This document shows, in pieces, positions 62,747-64,000 of a stretch of DNA of 64,000 nucleotides. The translations under genes and the position numbers were made by a program. Numbering within the stretch: the first letter of the stretch is position 1; each line of letters begins with the position of its first letter. Source of the DNA: Amoebidium appalachense (taxonomy: Eukaryota > Protista > Ichthyosporea); assembly GCA_963693365.1 (NCBI GenBank), contig CAVNZM010000003.1:4659106-4723105 (forward strand). Direction: 5' to 3'. The notes below the pieces were generated by a model. It was not told where the DNA came from and did no database searches. It was given only the letters and a program-made list of their open reading frames with translations.

Positions 62747-63875
62747 AGTTTTTTTATTGTCTTCGCAGTATGCCGTGCATACTTGCAGTTTCCGTCGAAT
62801 AAATCCAGTCAAAAGAAAAAAATCCTCCATGCCCGGCAGGAACACCACCTCAAAAAACCCCCTGCCACTTACTAATAAAATAAGAAATCTAATTGGGGAA
62901 CAGGTAAAGCTACTTTTCTTATTGTTTCCCGCTAAAGCTACTTTTTCTTATTCATGGAATTCTTATTCGCGGCCGTCTGTAGGGGGTTGGCGGCCTTCTG
63001 GGTAAGCGACGGCACCCTTTTTCTATGATGGGGGGCACAACTAAGTTTTCTGCAACTCTACGTTTTCTCCTTGGGGTGCACCTGCGGCTTGGTTGACGTC
63101 TCCTCCGCGGCGCGCGTCCGGGGTAGTTTATAGCCGACTGGGACGTCTCAGCTGGCTACAGTTACGGTCCCTTGTGGTGGCAGTTAGCTCTATAGCCTTG
63201 ATTTGTGTACCCGCTTGCCTGGTAGTGTTGGTTCCTTTTGCATCTCCCGTTACAGCTAGGCTACCTTGCCTGGCTGCTATTCTCCTTGGAGGGTTAATCC
63301 TGTCGCCGCGCCCCCTAAGGTAGTTTTGCAGTCTTACATGTTCTGTATTGCTCTTTTGAAACCTCGTGTGCTGCTCCAGTGATAGAGTTTTGGCCGAGGG
63401 CTCTGTCTCTAGAGTAGTTACAGATGGCTTCCTTGCAGTTTGTAGCCTAGACATCTTCGTGGCTTTGATGGAGCAATCTAGCCATGCCCCAAGCTTCTCA
63501 TTTTGTACCCTGCCATCGATGCTAATGACATGTTAACGTACGCGTTTACTCAAATTTCTGTGTGTTAACGTACGCGTTTCACTCAATGATTTCTGTGACT
63601 CAATTCATATTAGGTCACCTTTATTGAGGATTTTTTTGTTGTGGCAGCCGAAATATCAACTTATCGTTTTCAGTCCTGCCTTTAGTGTTTATTTGTATTT
63701 TTATACCTTTGGGTCGACGTCCGTATTCGAATCCAGTGAGCCTACTTCTCATTTTGACTCGAAAATCGTCTCTCGAGATATCTGGGATATCTCTTTTTCG
63801 TGTCCTTCGAACATATGAGCACATCAATAAGTCATTATAAAAAATATAAAAAATTCGGAGCCATAGCCTCCCCCC

Positions 63876-63916
<41 letters not shown>

Positions 63917-63974
63917 GGCCTTGGGGACGGCACGGGGTCCCCCGCGCGGCAGCGTGTGCCCGGCGTGGCCCGGG

Positions 63975-64000
63975 GGGGTTAGTATCCGGATACTAACCCC
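63975..64000. repeat. perfect palindrome cut by the window edge
   Basis: GGGGTTAGTATCC|GGATACTAACCCC, centred between 63987 and 63988. Confidence 0.9.

Noticed and set aside
63128-63454. 108-aa minus-strand ORF as a gag-like protein
   Set aside because: No zinc knuckle or other motif, and no LTR or primer-binding site found.

Overview
Intron-rich eukaryotic genomic DNA (probably a unicellular eukaryote; the taxon cannot be fixed from this window). Introns and spacers are saturated with (CA)n/(GT)n, (CACG)n, (GGGA)n and poly-G/poly-C tracts, so almost all ORFs in the supplied track are spurious. Hand splicing with phase checks supports six genes: the 5' part of a putative secreted protein (-), a disabled F-box/LRR gene (-), a 7-exon ankyrin-repeat gene (-), a 13-exon Barentsz/CASC3 (exon-junction complex) gene (-), and two head-to-head 10-exon ABCG half-transporter paralogues. 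There is also an intron-containing tRNA-Tyr(GUA), several minisatellites and a retroelement-like CCHC fragment. The most unusual signal is a ~200-bp dispersed element with about 9-10 copies. Most copies share a 3' end running into poly(C), their 5' ends are variably truncated, and all intronic copies have the same orientation relative to the host transcript, which suggests a poly(C)-tailed or G/C-tract-targeting retroposon. Several splice acceptors are built from (CA)n or A-tracts rather than pyrimidine tracts. Frameshifts in coding G-runs suggest that homopolymer lengths in this assembly are unreliable.
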